This document shows positions 21,093 through 31,218 of a stretch of DNA of 64,000 nucleotides, in pieces (the first letter of the stretch is position 1; the number at the start of each line of letters is the position of its first letter). The DNA lies in contig JAVZSA010000001.1 in the NCBI GenBank assembly GCA_038880255.1, forward strand, positions 788-64,787, in the 5' to 3' direction. The notes beneath the pieces were generated by a model. That model searched no databases. It had not been told where the DNA came from and worked only from the letters and a program-made list of their open reading frames with translations. The position numbers and the translations under genes are program-made. Source of the stretch: Thermoplasmata archaeon (GTDB lineage: Archaea; Thermoplasmatota; Thermoplasmata; Thermoplasmatales; ARK-15).

Positions 21093-22102
21093 TTTAAAAT
21101 TAATTCAAGTAATTTAATTAGATTATTAATATCCTCCAAAGATGACATCTCTACAGTAGTATGCGTATACCTAATGGGGAAACATAATGCAATTGAAGGA
21201 ATTCCAAGATCAAATGTGCCTGCAGCATCAGTACTACCACCTGTAAAAACTTGTTGATAACTTATTTCATTTTCCTTTGCTATTTTTTCAACTTTTAATT
21301 TTAATTTTAATGAATTTGCACCCCTAGCATCAATAAATCTTATTACAGGTCCCTTATTCAATGAAACTGGACTTAGGTAATAATCAACTTTTGGTATATC
21401 ACCAGCAGAAACACTGTCCACAGCATAAAGTTCATCTATTTCCCTTTCAGTTATTGCCTTAGCACCTCTTAATCCCGTCTCCTCCTGAATCGTAAATATA
21501 AAAGTGACCTTTTTGTTCAATCTTTTATTTTTAAGGTTTTCAATCATTTTAATCAAAATAGCACAACCTACCCTATCATCCAGGCCTCTTGAAACTATGT
21601 ATTTTTCATTAAGTACATAAAATTGTTTTACCCATCTAACAGGATCAAGAATTGAAATACCCATTGATATTACCTCATCTTTTGAATTTGCTCCAACATC
21701 AAGATAAAGATCATCTATTACTGGAGCACTTTTCATTTCACTTTCTGTAGAAATGTGGGGTGGTTTTAAACCTATTATACCCAAATGTCTTCTTCCATCT
21801 TTAGTAAATATTTCAAAATACTGTCCATAAAGCATTCTTGTGTCAACACCACCCAATTTCTTTAACCTAATGAAACCATTTTCCTCTATGTGAGCTACCA
21901 CCATACCTATTTCATCCATATGTGCCATGAAAGCTACATGTTTTTCTCCTTCACCTATGGTAAAGTATATGTTACCAAGTTTGTCCAATTTTGGATCTCC
22001 CATCCTACTGAGATAATCCAGGATCTTTTCTCTCACATCATCCTCATAACCACTTATACCTTGGGTAAAAACTAAATCCCTAATAATATCAACAAGTTCC
22101 AT
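21086..22102 (-). CDS. M42-family aminopeptidase (TET/FrvX-like)
   Basis: HMDEIG, RGLDDRVGC and QEETGLRGA motifs. Confidence 0.8.
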   Translation of the reverse strand: MELVDIIRDLVFTQGISGYEDDVREKILDYLSRMGDPKLDKLGNIYFTIGEGEKHVAFMAHMDEIGMVVAHIEENGFIRLKKLGGVDTRMLYGQYFEIFTKDGRRHLGIIGLKPPHISTESEMKSAPVIDDLYLDVGANSKDEVISMGISILDPVRWVKQFYVLNEKYIVSRGLDDRVGCAILIKMIENLKNKRLNKKVTFIFTIQEETGLRGAKAITEREIDELYAVDSVSAGDIPKVDYYLSPVSLNKGPVIRFIDARGANSLKLKLKVEKIAKENEISYQQVFTGGSTDAAGTFDLGIPSIALCFPIRYTHTTVEMSSLEDINNLIKLLELILNY

Positions 22103-22138
22103 ATTTCAGAGAATTTAATTTTAAATAAATCTTTTTCC

Positions 22139-23782
22139 CTAAAATTTCAATTTTTCTTCCACTATTTTTGGATAAAATGTATCCAAATAAATTTCAAACA
22201 TTGTGACAGGATTACCTAAATTAAATTTCTCTATTATTAGTGGATGAACTTCTCCAAAGAATCCTGAAAATTTACCGTTTATTATTATCCAGGATTGTCT
22301 TCCATCTATTAGAAATGGAAAATTTGACTCCTGTTGTGATATTTTAATGTTTAAGGATAGGGCAATTCTTTCCACAGTTCCTTTTACATTTGTAAATGAA
22401 GCATCAGACTCCTCAGAGACAGCACCAAGATTCACAGTTTCAAAATTTCTGAAAACCTTCCCCACTTCAAAAATTTTCTGTGGTAAAGATCTATGTCTGT
22501 TATTTGCTAATGTTTCCATTAACATTGGAAATATCCATGTTCTAAATATTATTTGATCCTCAACTACAGGGTTTTCTATCTTTGGTGAATCAATCACTTC
22601 CATACCAAAGGTTTTAAAATTTCTTTCAATCGAAGTAAATGTTAGGTTCATTACTTCTATATAACCTAAACCCACCATAATTTTCCTTATTTTTTCTTTT
22701 ATTTTTTCCACTTCAGATTCTTTGCCAATAGAAAATTTTTCAGGTAATGAAAGGGGTATATTTTCATAACCATATGCTTTTATTACATCTTCCACTATAT
22801 CCACCTGATGCATAATATCTATTCTATATGGTGGGACACCAACTCTGAAACCACTGCCCACCTTCTTCACACTATATCCCATTGAAATTAATGTCTCTTT
22901 AATCATTTTTAAATTTATATTTTCACCAAGCATCTCTGATACAGTTTTCTTTGATATGTAATATTTCTCTTCACCTAGATTTGGTAATTCTAACGAATAT
23001 TTTCCATAATTTACATTAATTTTATATGGATTTCCACCCAATTCCAATATATTTGTTGTAACAATGTTTAATGCATTTAAAACAGAAAATAAATCAGTAC
23101 CCGTTACATCAATAAATATATTTCTTGTGTTTTTATTTATTTCTGTTAATGTGCCATTTATAATGGGAGGGAAGGAAAGAACATTTCCATCAACATCCAA
23201 TATTACAGGATATTTTGAAAAACCAGAAAGTAGATGTGAATATTCAATCCCCTTTGGATGTATTTTTAAAATTTCTTCAGGTGTTAGTTTCACGTCCATA
23301 CCCAATGGTATGAAGGAAATTTCATTTCCAGAAACGGCCTTATAGACAAATGGTGCCTTTACTTTATCAAAATCATGAAGTCCTATTGCCAATTTTTTTC
23401 TATCTCTTCCAATTGATAAATGCAATTTTTCTTGCATATCAATGATATATGATATTCTAGAATCATCAAGTTCAACATTATTTATAAGTGCTGCACCAAT
23501 GTAAGGGCGTACATTTGAAACACTTTCATCCACAATTAAATTAATACCTGAGTTTTTAACATTATAAACAATATTTTTTTTAAGATAGAAAATTTTTAAA
23601 GCCCTTGAAATACCAAAAATTGAATACAAATCTGGTCTATCTGGGTAAAGTTCTAAATCCCAGGAATTTTCATCTTCTCTCTTTATTTCAATACCAATAG
23701 TGTCAAAAAATTTCAAAATACTTTCAATATTAATACCTGAATACGTCTCTATATCCCTTTTGCTTATTTTAATTACTACCAT
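22139..23782 (-). CDS. pheT: Phenylalanyl-tRNA synthetase beta subunit, archaeal type
   Basis: B3/4 and B5 domain pattern, YPDRPDL near the N-terminus, and a 547-aa length typical of archaeal PheT. Confidence 0.85.
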   Translation of the reverse strand: MVVIKISKRDIETYSGINIESILKFFDTIGIEIKREDENSWDLELYPDRPDLYSIFGISRALKIFYLKKNIVYNVKNSGINLIVDESVSNVRPYIGAALINNVELDDSRISYIIDMQEKLHLSIGRDRKKLAIGLHDFDKVKAPFVYKAVSGNEISFIPLGMDVKLTPEEILKIHPKGIEYSHLLSGFSKYPVILDVDGNVLSFPPIINGTLTEINKNTRNIFIDVTGTDLFSVLNALNIVTTNILELGGNPYKINVNYGKYSLELPNLGEEKYYISKKTVSEMLGENINLKMIKETLISMGYSVKKVGSGFRVGVPPYRIDIMHQVDIVEDVIKAYGYENIPLSLPEKFSIGKESEVEKIKEKIRKIMVGLGYIEVMNLTFTSIERNFKTFGMEVIDSPKIENPVVEDQIIFRTWIFPMLMETLANNRHRSLPQKIFEVGKVFRNFETVNLGAVSEESDASFTNVKGTVERIALSLNIKISQQESNFPFLIDGRQSWIIINGKFSGFFGEVHPLIIEKFNLGNPVTMFEIYLDTFYPKIVEEKLKF

Positions 23783-23807
23783 ATCCTTTAAGAAATATCT
23801 TAAGTCA

Positions 23808-25688
23808 CTATTTTAAACTTGCTATTTCCCAAAATGATTTAATATCTTTCACAATATCTTTACTTTTCTCTATTTCTAAATATTCTTTAAACCTTGTTGC
23901 CCTACTATCTAAAATAACTGCCACTCCCCTGTCTGTGGATGATCTAATCATTCTTCCCACAGCTTGTGTTAATTTCCTTCCAGCAGGTCCATGAACAAGA
24001 AATCTAAAAACATCATTTTTAGACATTTCTTGAAGATAATATTTTTCTAACAATCTTTGTCTTGTATCCGGTTTTGGATAAGGAATACCCACACTCACTA
24101 TAACTTGAATTTCTCCACCTGGAAAGTCCATGCCTTCACTTATTCTACTACCAAAAACTGAAAAAAATACTCCCCCCTTCTTTTTAAAAAGGTGTAGGAT
24201 TCTTATAAATTCAGATTGTTCCATATTCTGTTTTTCAATAAAGAAATTTCCATTATATGTTAGGTCTTCATCAATTACCTTTTTCAAAACCCTGTATGAT
24301 GGGAATAGAACAAGTGTATTGTAACCAATATTTATAATATTATCCACAATTTCAGCAATTCTTTTTACTTGTGTATCATCGTATTCAAGTGTTTCGTATT
24401 TTGTTGTAACAGAATCCACATAATATATTTTCAAATTTTCTTTCGGAAATATTGAAGGATATATCTTTTTTACAGTTTTTGCATTTTTAAAAACCATCGA
24501 TTCATATTCCTCAAGTGGTTTTAATGTTCCTGACATGTGTATTGATGAATAAACATTTTCCACTATAGATGTGATTGGCCTAGCATCGAGTGAAAAAATT
24601 TCAATGGATAAACCATTATTTTTTGTTATAATTCTTGCTATGTCTCTTTCTTCAGAATAGAAAAATCTGTTCAAAAAATTACCGAGATGACCAATATGTG
24701 TACTTGGTATCTCATCTTTTTTAATTTTTTCTAAAATCACGTGTTCACCAAATTCAATTGATTCATCAATGAATTCTTCAATATCATTTTCCATAAGTCC
24801 TGTAAATTCAATTAGTTTTTCCATTAGGTAATTCTGCGATATTATGGAATCCTCCTGTCCTATTAGAAGTGTTCTTCCAAGATTTATAATGGATTCCCTT
24901 AAATATTCTACAAATTCTGAAAATTTTATGTCAGAATGATTGAAATCACCGTAATCCTTTATTTCCTTGTCAACGAGGGATAATGAACGGAGAGATAATT
25001 TTTCAGATCTAAGATCCCTTGCAAAATCCGGTAAATTGTGCGCTTCATCAACAATAAGTATTATTCTATCAACGGTAACTGAGCTCCATTCCAAAAGTCT
25101 TGATCTTATAAAGGGATCAAAAAAATACACATAAGGCATAATGAGGAGATCAGATTTTGATGAAAGTAATTTCATTGCTTCATAGGCGCATATTTCATTT
25201 TCTAGACAAAAATCTCTAAATTCCTGAGCTGTCATTATATTCCTTTGTGCTTCATAAATAGATTTACTATCCACGTTTAAAAATTTCGCATAATATGGAC
25301 AAGATTTTAGATTACCATTTTTTACATCTTCTTTCCTTTTTCTACATGCAAGAGCAAGTTCTTCTAAGCTAAAGTTTTCTAAATTGTTTCTAAAAAGAAA
25401 ACAATAATTATTTCGACCCTGAATTGGTATAAGGGAAAATTCAATTTTTTTCCTCAATTGTTTGGATTCTTTTACTACCTGTTCTTGCTGTGAATTTGTT
25501 CTTGTGAGATAAAAAACTTTTAAACCTTTTTCAAGAGCAAACTCAATTGATGGTACAAGCACTGAAATTGTTTTACCAATTCCGGTAGGTGCCTCCAATA
25601 TAAGATGACCTCTAGTCCTTAATGCTTCTTCAACATCATTAATTATATCCAGTTGATATTTTCTTGGTTCATAGGGGAAATTTTTCAT
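23808..25688 (-). CDS. xpd: XPD/Rad3-family Fe-S DNA helicase
   Basis: Walker A EAPTGIGKT, DEAH box (VDEAHNL) and a Cys-containing Fe-S insert (NNYCF...CRKRK...CPYY...C). Confidence 0.85.
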   Translation of the reverse strand: MKNFPYEPRKYQLDIINDVEEALRTRGHLILEAPTGIGKTISVLVPSIEFALEKGLKVFYLTRTNSQQEQVVKESKQLRKKIEFSLIPIQGRNNYCFLFRNNLENFSLEELALACRKRKEDVKNGNLKSCPYYAKFLNVDSKSIYEAQRNIMTAQEFRDFCLENEICAYEAMKLLSSKSDLLIMPYVYFFDPFIRSRLLEWSSVTVDRIILIVDEAHNLPDFARDLRSEKLSLRSLSLVDKEIKDYGDFNHSDIKFSEFVEYLRESIINLGRTLLIGQEDSIISQNYLMEKLIEFTGLMENDIEEFIDESIEFGEHVILEKIKKDEIPSTHIGHLGNFLNRFFYSEERDIARIITKNNGLSIEIFSLDARPITSIVENVYSSIHMSGTLKPLEEYESMVFKNAKTVKKIYPSIFPKENLKIYYVDSVTTKYETLEYDDTQVKRIAEIVDNIINIGYNTLVLFPSYRVLKKVIDEDLTYNGNFFIEKQNMEQSEFIRILHLFKKKGGVFFSVFGSRISEGMDFPGGEIQVIVSVGIPYPKPDTRQRLLEKYYLQEMSKNDVFRFLVHGPAGRKLTQAVGRMIRSSTDRGVAVILDSRATRFKEYLEIEKSKDIVKDIKSFWEIASLK

Positions 25689-25735
25689 ATTATTGTTTAA
25701 TGATTAAGCTCCAATTATTTCAATATTTCCAATCA

Positions 25736-25819
25736 CGCCGCGGGGGAGATTTGAACTCCCGCTCCCTTTCGGGAACCAGCTCTCAAGGCTGGCGCCGTAG
25801 TCCACTTGGCTACCGCGGC
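25736..25819 (-). tRNA. tRNA-Ser (anticodon UGA), no encoded CCA
   Basis: Hand-folded cloverleaf. Acceptor GCCGCGG/CCGCGGC, anticodon stem CCAGC/GCTGG with loop CTTGAGA, long variable arm TTCCCGAAAGGGAGC, and T arm GGGAG-TTCAAAT-CTCCC. It is a GC-rich island in AT-rich DNA. Confidence 0.85.
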
Positions 25820-25839
25820 TAAAAAAGAATATAAAAAGG

Positions 25840-25849
25840 TAATATAATA
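25840..25849 (-). promoter_or_regulatory. Putative archaeal TATA box for tRNA-Ser
   Basis: On the minus strand, TTATATTA lies about 21-28 nt upstream of tRNA position 1, the canonical archaeal TATA spacing. Confidence 0.4.
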
Positions 25850-25855
25850 TCTTTT

Positions 25856-27049
25856 TTAAATAAGATCTTCGAATTCTTTTACAAGTTCTGGATATTTCTT
25901 TTGGACGGCATCAAGTAGACTTTTCACAGATATGGATGTGAGTTCCACTGAAGATATTGCGTCAACAAGTTTATTTAATGTTTCATCTGAAAGTATAGAT
26001 AATTTTTCTTTTGCAAACCAATTCCTTAAATGTTTTCTTTCGAGTTTTTCTCTCACTTTCTTTTCATAATGCTCCTTTAGAAATTCCTTACTTGTATTAT
26101 TCGATTTTATTGCTTCATATGCTACCTCTCCTGCCAATTTACCAGATATACAGGCGTTCGCTACACCTCCACCAGTTATTGGATCAATTAACCTAGCAGA
26201 ATCGCCGACAAGCATTACATTATCTGTGACTATGCTATTTGGCATTGCACAAGTTGAAACTGCCCCTGTAATTATTTCAATTGTTTTTCCTTTTTTTAAA
26301 CCTGGATGTTTTTCAATAAAATCATCTAAGTATCTTTTTACCTCTCCCTTTTCTTTCAATTTATTTAAAGCTACACCAATTCCAACATTAGCCTCATCCT
26401 TTCCTTTTGGGAAAACCCAGACATAACCACCAGGTGCACAACTACCAAGATAAAAATCAGTAAAATTTTTGTCAATATCTATACCTACCATTCTATATTC
26501 AATACATGAGACAATATCCCTATCCTTTAACATCGTGTTTATTTTTGCCCATCTACCTACTTGACTTTCAAATCCATCTGCTCCAATTATTATTTTTGCA
26601 CGTACTTCCACCTCTTCACCCATCCTTCTTATTTTTGCACCTACCACTTTATTATTTTCCTTTATTAGTGAAATCGCAGGACTTTTTACCCAAATATCAA
26701 CACCTTCTCTTGCAGCTAACGCAGCTAAATATTTATCAAATTTATCTCTTTCAATTATATAACCCACCTCATTGCCTGCCTTGTTTGCAGAAAGTTTAAT
26801 GAATGTTTTTTCATCTGGGGGGAATATCCTTGCGCCTTCAACTTCATTTGAAATCCAGTTCTTTTGCGGTTCTATTTCCACTTCAGGTAACCAATTCTTA
26901 GAAATACCTTCTCCACATCTTACTGGTGATCCAATATCAGGTCTTTTTTCTACCATTAGAACTTTTAAATTGTGTTTTGCTGCATACCTTGCTGCTGAAC
27001 TGCCACCAGGGCCAGCACCTATAACAAGAACATCATATTCATATTTCAT
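25856..27049 (-). CDS. Geranylgeranyl reductase (digeranylgeranylglycerophospholipid reductase family)
   Basis: FAD-binding GxGxxG (DVLVIGAGPGGSSAA), the RCGEG motif and a 397-aa length typical of archaeal GGR. Confidence 0.85.
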   Translation of the reverse strand: MKYEYDVLVIGAGPGGSSAARYAAKHNLKVLMVEKRPDIGSPVRCGEGISKNWLPEVEIEPQKNWISNEVEGARIFPPDEKTFIKLSANKAGNEVGYIIERDKFDKYLAALAAREGVDIWVKSPAISLIKENNKVVGAKIRRMGEEVEVRAKIIIGADGFESQVGRWAKINTMLKDRDIVSCIEYRMVGIDIDKNFTDFYLGSCAPGGYVWVFPKGKDEANVGIGVALNKLKEKGEVKRYLDDFIEKHPGLKKGKTIEIITGAVSTCAMPNSIVTDNVMLVGDSARLIDPITGGGVANACISGKLAGEVAYEAIKSNNTSKEFLKEHYEKKVREKLERKHLRNWFAKEKLSILSDETLNKLVDAISSVELTSISVKSLLDAVQKKYPELVKEFEDLI

Positions 27050-27222
27050 CTAAACCACTCCGCTGATATTGCCCCCATTGGGCATACTCTTATACAAAAA
27101 CCACATTTTGTACAGGAATTTTCATCAATTGAAATCCTAGTTTCATCAAGGAAAATGCAATTTACTGGGCAAGATCCAACACATGCACCACAATAATTGC
27201 ATTTTGATGTATCTACATTCAT
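27046..27222 (-). CDS. 2x[4Fe-4S] ferredoxin
   Basis: Two CxxCxxCxxxCP motifs (CNYCGACVGSCP, CTKCGFCIRVCP). Its stop overlaps the GGR start by 4 nt. The start is placed at MNVDTS (27222). The ORF-track start is 27246. Confidence 0.8.
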   Translation of the reverse strand: MNVDTSKCNYCGACVGSCPVNCIFLDETRISIDENSCTKCGFCIRVCPMGAISAEWFR

Positions 27223-27226
27223 CAAT

Positions 27227-28789
27227 TCACATCCCTTCCGTTCCAACTACATTTCCATATCTTTTTCTATATTCTTCTAGAGTAATTGAGAATTTTTTCT
27301 CCACTTCTGTCCTATAAACTGGACCTGAGTTGTATGCACAAAATGGAATTATTCTGCCATCGGGTGTTGCATAATGTATAACACACCTTTTTAGTCTTTC
27401 TAAATCATAGTTGTACTCATCTTGGAAATGCATTGCTCCAATGAAAAGTGAATCCCAGTGTAATTTGCCCAGGGAATCCTTAGTACCCTCACTAAATATG
27501 TTTAATATTTCTTTCAATTTAAAGTGAGAGGGTGCTTGTGATTGATCATAATATTTTTTGAAAATTCTGTAAAGATACGGGATAGTAAATACCTTTGACC
27601 TATTCTCAAATTTTGTCTCTATTATTTTAGGACTTAATTCTTCAAGAAGACCTTCTACATTTATGAATCTTGTAATAGGAATCACTTTTTTCTTATCGTA
27701 ATCCATAAATACGTAAGTGGCTGTACCACAATGTGGATGAGAAGTGAACGCTACATATGGATGCTTAAAAAGTTGTGATGCAAGTTCTGAGAATAGTGCA
27801 GCAACAGGGATTGGGAAAAAGTCACCCTTTTCAAAATAGTCAGTTTGATTAATCAAATCCTTTATTAGGTCACCCTGGGTATATCTACCCACTATTAATT
27901 CCTCCTGAGGTATTCTTCCTGCGAATGAGACAGGTTGGAAATTAACGGACCTAATCACATCAAGATTATCAAGGCCAAATTGTATAATTTTCCCCACCTC
28001 ATCATCATTAACACCCTTTACAATGACTGGAACAAGAACTGTGGCAAGAGGTTTTGGTTTCGTATGTCTTAAATAATCCAGGGCCTGTAGTTTTTCCTTT
28101 AAAAATCCAGGTCTGTTTCTAGTTTTAATATATGTGCTATCCTTGAAACCGTCAAATTGTAAATACACTGTATGTAAGCCTGCATCTAACATTTTCTGTG
28201 CAAAATCTGGTTCATGAGCTATTCTAACACCGTTTGTTGCAACTTGAATCTGGGCAAATCCAAGTTCCTTTGCCTTTTTTATTACCTCAAGAAAATAAGG
28301 ATATATGGTAGGTTCTCCACCAGCAAATTGAACAGCAGGTGTGGGTACAGGTTTTTCATTCCTTAACACTTTCATCATTTCCACTACTTGCTCAAATGTA
28401 GGTTCATAAACATAACCGGCAGCATTTGCATTTGCAAAACATATTGGGCATTTTAGATTGCACCTATTAGTAAGATCAATGTTTGCAAGCGATGTATGAC
28501 TATAATGTAATTCACATAATCCACAGTCTAATGGGCAATTTATACCCTTTATTTGGGGATTTTCCACACCTATACCATCAAATGCCCATTTTTCATATCT
28601 TAAATATGTTTCAACATCACCAAAATATATGTCCTTAAATTCACCATGTTCTGGACATGTTTTTTTATACATTACCTTCCCATCCTCTTCATAAATAGTT
28701 GCAGGTATCACTTTTTTGCACACAGGGCATATGGATTGCGTATCTTTTGGTAAACCTTTTTTTAATTTTGACTGCTGTATTATGTACAT
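27227..28789 (-). CDS. Radical SAM enzyme, tetraether lipid synthase (Tes / GDGT-MAS)-like
   Basis: N-terminal Zn ribbon (CPVCKK...CPEHG), the radical SAM motif CNLKCPIC in TNRCNLKCPICFANAN, and VQFAGGEPT. It is cotranscription-compatible with the ferredoxin and GGR genes. The family assignment comes from remembered sequence patterns of MJ0619-type proteins. Confidence 0.6.
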   Translation of the reverse strand: MYIIQQSKLKKGLPKDTQSICPVCKKVIPATIYEEDGKVMYKKTCPEHGEFKDIYFGDVETYLRYEKWAFDGIGVENPQIKGINCPLDCGLCELHYSHTSLANIDLTNRCNLKCPICFANANAAGYVYEPTFEQVVEMMKVLRNEKPVPTPAVQFAGGEPTIYPYFLEVIKKAKELGFAQIQVATNGVRIAHEPDFAQKMLDAGLHTVYLQFDGFKDSTYIKTRNRPGFLKEKLQALDYLRHTKPKPLATVLVPVIVKGVNDDEVGKIIQFGLDNLDVIRSVNFQPVSFAGRIPQEELIVGRYTQGDLIKDLINQTDYFEKGDFFPIPVAALFSELASQLFKHPYVAFTSHPHCGTATYVFMDYDKKKVIPITRFINVEGLLEELSPKIIETKFENRSKVFTIPYLYRIFKKYYDQSQAPSHFKLKEILNIFSEGTKDSLGKLHWDSLFIGAMHFQDEYNYDLERLKRCVIHYATPDGRIIPFCAYNSGPVYRTEVEKKFSITLEEYRKRYGNVVGTEGM

Positions 28790-28852
28790 TAAATATTCAC
28801 CTGATCTAAATTTATTGTAAAAATCAATATAATAGTTTTGTCATATTTATAA

Positions 28853-29476
28853 CTACAAATTTGCAGAAGGACAAAGATCATTTACTGGGCATTCTTTACA
28901 TTTTGGTTTAACAGGTCTGCAAATCTTTTTTCCAAATTCAACAAATAGGGAATTAATCATATTCCAATATTTTTTATCGAGAATTTTCATAAGTTCCTTT
29001 TCAGTATCCTCAGGTCTTTTAGTGTTTACCCAGCCAAGTCTATTCGAGATTCTATGGACGTGGGTATCAACTGCAATGTATTTCTTATCGAAACAGACAG
29101 ATAATACAATGTTTGCTGTTTTTTGTCCCACGCCAGGAAGCTGAATTAATAAATCCCTTTCACTTGGTACTTTCCCATCATATTTTTCTAAAAGCAACCT
29201 TGCAATTTCCTTAATTCTTTTCGCTTTTTCTCTGTAGAATCCAATGGGTTTCAGTAAATTTTCTAAATCCACAGGATCAGCATTAGATAAACTTTCTAAA
29301 TCGGAATATTTTTCAAATAATCTCTTTGAAACAATTTCAGTTATTTCATCCTTTGTTCTTTGAGAAAGCACTGTGGCTAAAAGGACTTTCCATGGATCAC
29401 TAAATGGTATACGATGCGGTTTTATCACTTTAGAAATCCTTTCAATTATAATTTCAATATTATTCATAGTGATCAC
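28853..29476 (-). CDS. nth: Endonuclease III (HhH-GPD DNA glycosylase with Fe-S cluster)
   Basis: HhH motif LPGVGQKTANIVL, catalytic region VDTHVHRI, and C-terminal Cys cluster CRPVKPKCKECPVNDLC. Confidence 0.85.
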   Translation of the reverse strand: MITMNNIEIIIERISKVIKPHRIPFSDPWKVLLATVLSQRTKDEITEIVSKRLFEKYSDLESLSNADPVDLENLLKPIGFYREKAKRIKEIARLLLEKYDGKVPSERDLLIQLPGVGQKTANIVLSVCFDKKYIAVDTHVHRISNRLGWVNTKRPEDTEKELMKILDKKYWNMINSLFVEFGKKICRPVKPKCKECPVNDLCPSANL

Positions 29477-31218
29477 CTAAAAACATAAGCTGGGCAAGGA
29501 CCTAAACACTTTGTGCAATGTATGCAAGAATCCTCATTTACCCATACCTTTCCATTATTCAAAAAGAGAGCATTTCTCTCACATCTTCCTGTACATATAC
29601 CACAACCAACACACTCTTCAGATTGATAAATAACTTGCATTGCCTTTTCTATAAAATTTTTATGGACATGTAGATCATCATCAAGAACACCATTTGGAAG
29701 GATATTTTTAATATTTTTTAATCTTTCTAAATTAAGATTTTTATTTGGGATTAACTTAAAATTCCCATTCTCTTCTTTTATTTGTAGTATTAATGATTGT
29801 CTAACATGATCATTGATAGAATATTTTCTTTTTAAAAATTCTGGTATTTTATTCCATCTCCATAAACCATATTCTACCCATTCCTCTTTCAAATTATTTT
29901 TTAAAGCATACTCTCTAAGATATGAATCCCATTTTTCATAAATTTTACTTTTTGAAACAATTGAAAGATCAGCGAGATCCTGTGATGGGCACATAAAGCA
30001 ACCAATTCTCCATAGCCCCCTATCATACCAGCTATTATATTTCAATTTATGCATAAAAATGTAAAGCCAAATCATAAAAGAATCCCAATTTTGTATTGGG
30101 CTTATTCCTATTTGATTTGGGACCCATTCATTTTCCCAAATATTTCCTGAAAATGATCTTGATGAACTTTCATATGCTCTTTGGCCTATCACCATATAAA
30201 TTTTTTCATTACCCAAGGATTTAATATATCTTGTTGTTGGTCCCAATTTGCATACTTTGCAACACCATCTATAATCTCTTCCAGGAGGACCAAAATGCTC
30301 AAGATTTTTAAAAAACGCATCACCTGCACTTATAATATCATAATTTAATGAAAATTCTTCAAGCATATCTTTTACATAATCTTTTGTCTCTTTAAATTCC
30401 AGACCTGTATCAAGAAAAACTACTTTTGGTTTAATTCCAGCTTTAAGTGTTAAATGTAAGGCCACTAAACTATCTTTTCCCCCACTGAAAGATACAATTA
30501 TTTTTTCATTTTTAAATTTTCTTAAAAATTTTATTGCCTTTTCTTCTGCCTTTTTCATATACGTTGCATTTCCTTCAATTACATCTTTAATACTTGATTC
30601 TTTAAGTTTAATATTTTCCTCTTTAATAACATATTTTATTTTTACTGCCATTCCCCTATTTATTAAATGTTCTTTATCTATTTTAGAAATCCCTAAGGCA
30701 AAAACTTTGTTTTCCGGAGTCTTTATGAAGGCATCATTACCTATTTTTACATTTTCACCTAATTTAATAACACCTGGTGCCATAAGATTCTTACCATTTT
30801 TTATGGAATCAATTGCGCCTGGATCTGCAGTTATAAAAATATCCTTCAGATAATCCTTTACAATATTGTAAAAAATCGGTTTTAATGAGACTCTTAATGA
30901 CATATTTTCATGTATTAAAGTTGCAATCACATTTCCACCCACAATTATTTCCACCGTTCTATCTGGGCCAGGTATTCTATTTAATACTACTACATATTTT
31001 GAAAAAATTTCCGAAAATTTATTTTTTAAAATTGGTAAAAAAGCATCGTCTAAAATTTTCCAATCATTTTCAAGAGGAAATTTGAAATCACCAGGTGGTG
31101 TTAAATTTACTGTTCTTGTTGGGTAATTGCATCTACCGCATCTTTCACCAATAACAGGTATATTGCAATTATCGCACCATTTTAATCTTATTTTTCCGAG
31201 GAAAATTGGCTTTGACAT
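29473..31218 (-). CDS. Zn-ribbon / PUA / PAPS-reductase-family PP-loop ATPase / 2x[4Fe-4S] fusion protein
   Basis: N-terminal CxxC...CxxC, a PUA-like segment (NLMAPGVIKLGENVKIGD), PP-loop VSFSGGKDS, and a C-terminal ferredoxin (CVGCGICTGRC...CIHCTKCLGPCP). Confidence 0.7.
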   Translation of the reverse strand: MSKPIFLGKIRLKWCDNCNIPVIGERCGRCNYPTRTVNLTPPGDFKFPLENDWKILDDAFLPILKNKFSEIFSKYVVVLNRIPGPDRTVEIIVGGNVIATLIHENMSLRVSLKPIFYNIVKDYLKDIFITADPGAIDSIKNGKNLMAPGVIKLGENVKIGNDAFIKTPENKVFALGISKIDKEHLINRGMAVKIKYVIKEENIKLKESSIKDVIEGNATYMKKAEEKAIKFLRKFKNEKIIVSFSGGKDSLVALHLTLKAGIKPKVVFLDTGLEFKETKDYVKDMLEEFSLNYDIISAGDAFFKNLEHFGPPGRDYRWCCKVCKLGPTTRYIKSLGNEKIYMVIGQRAYESSSRSFSGNIWENEWVPNQIGISPIQNWDSFMIWLYIFMHKLKYNSWYDRGLWRIGCFMCPSQDLADLSIVSKSKIYEKWDSYLREYALKNNLKEEWVEYGLWRWNKIPEFLKRKYSINDHVRQSLILQIKEENGNFKLIPNKNLNLERLKNIKNILPNGVLDDDLHVHKNFIEKAMQVIYQSEECVGCGICTGRCERNALFLNNGKVWVNEDSCIHCTKCLGPCPAYVFR

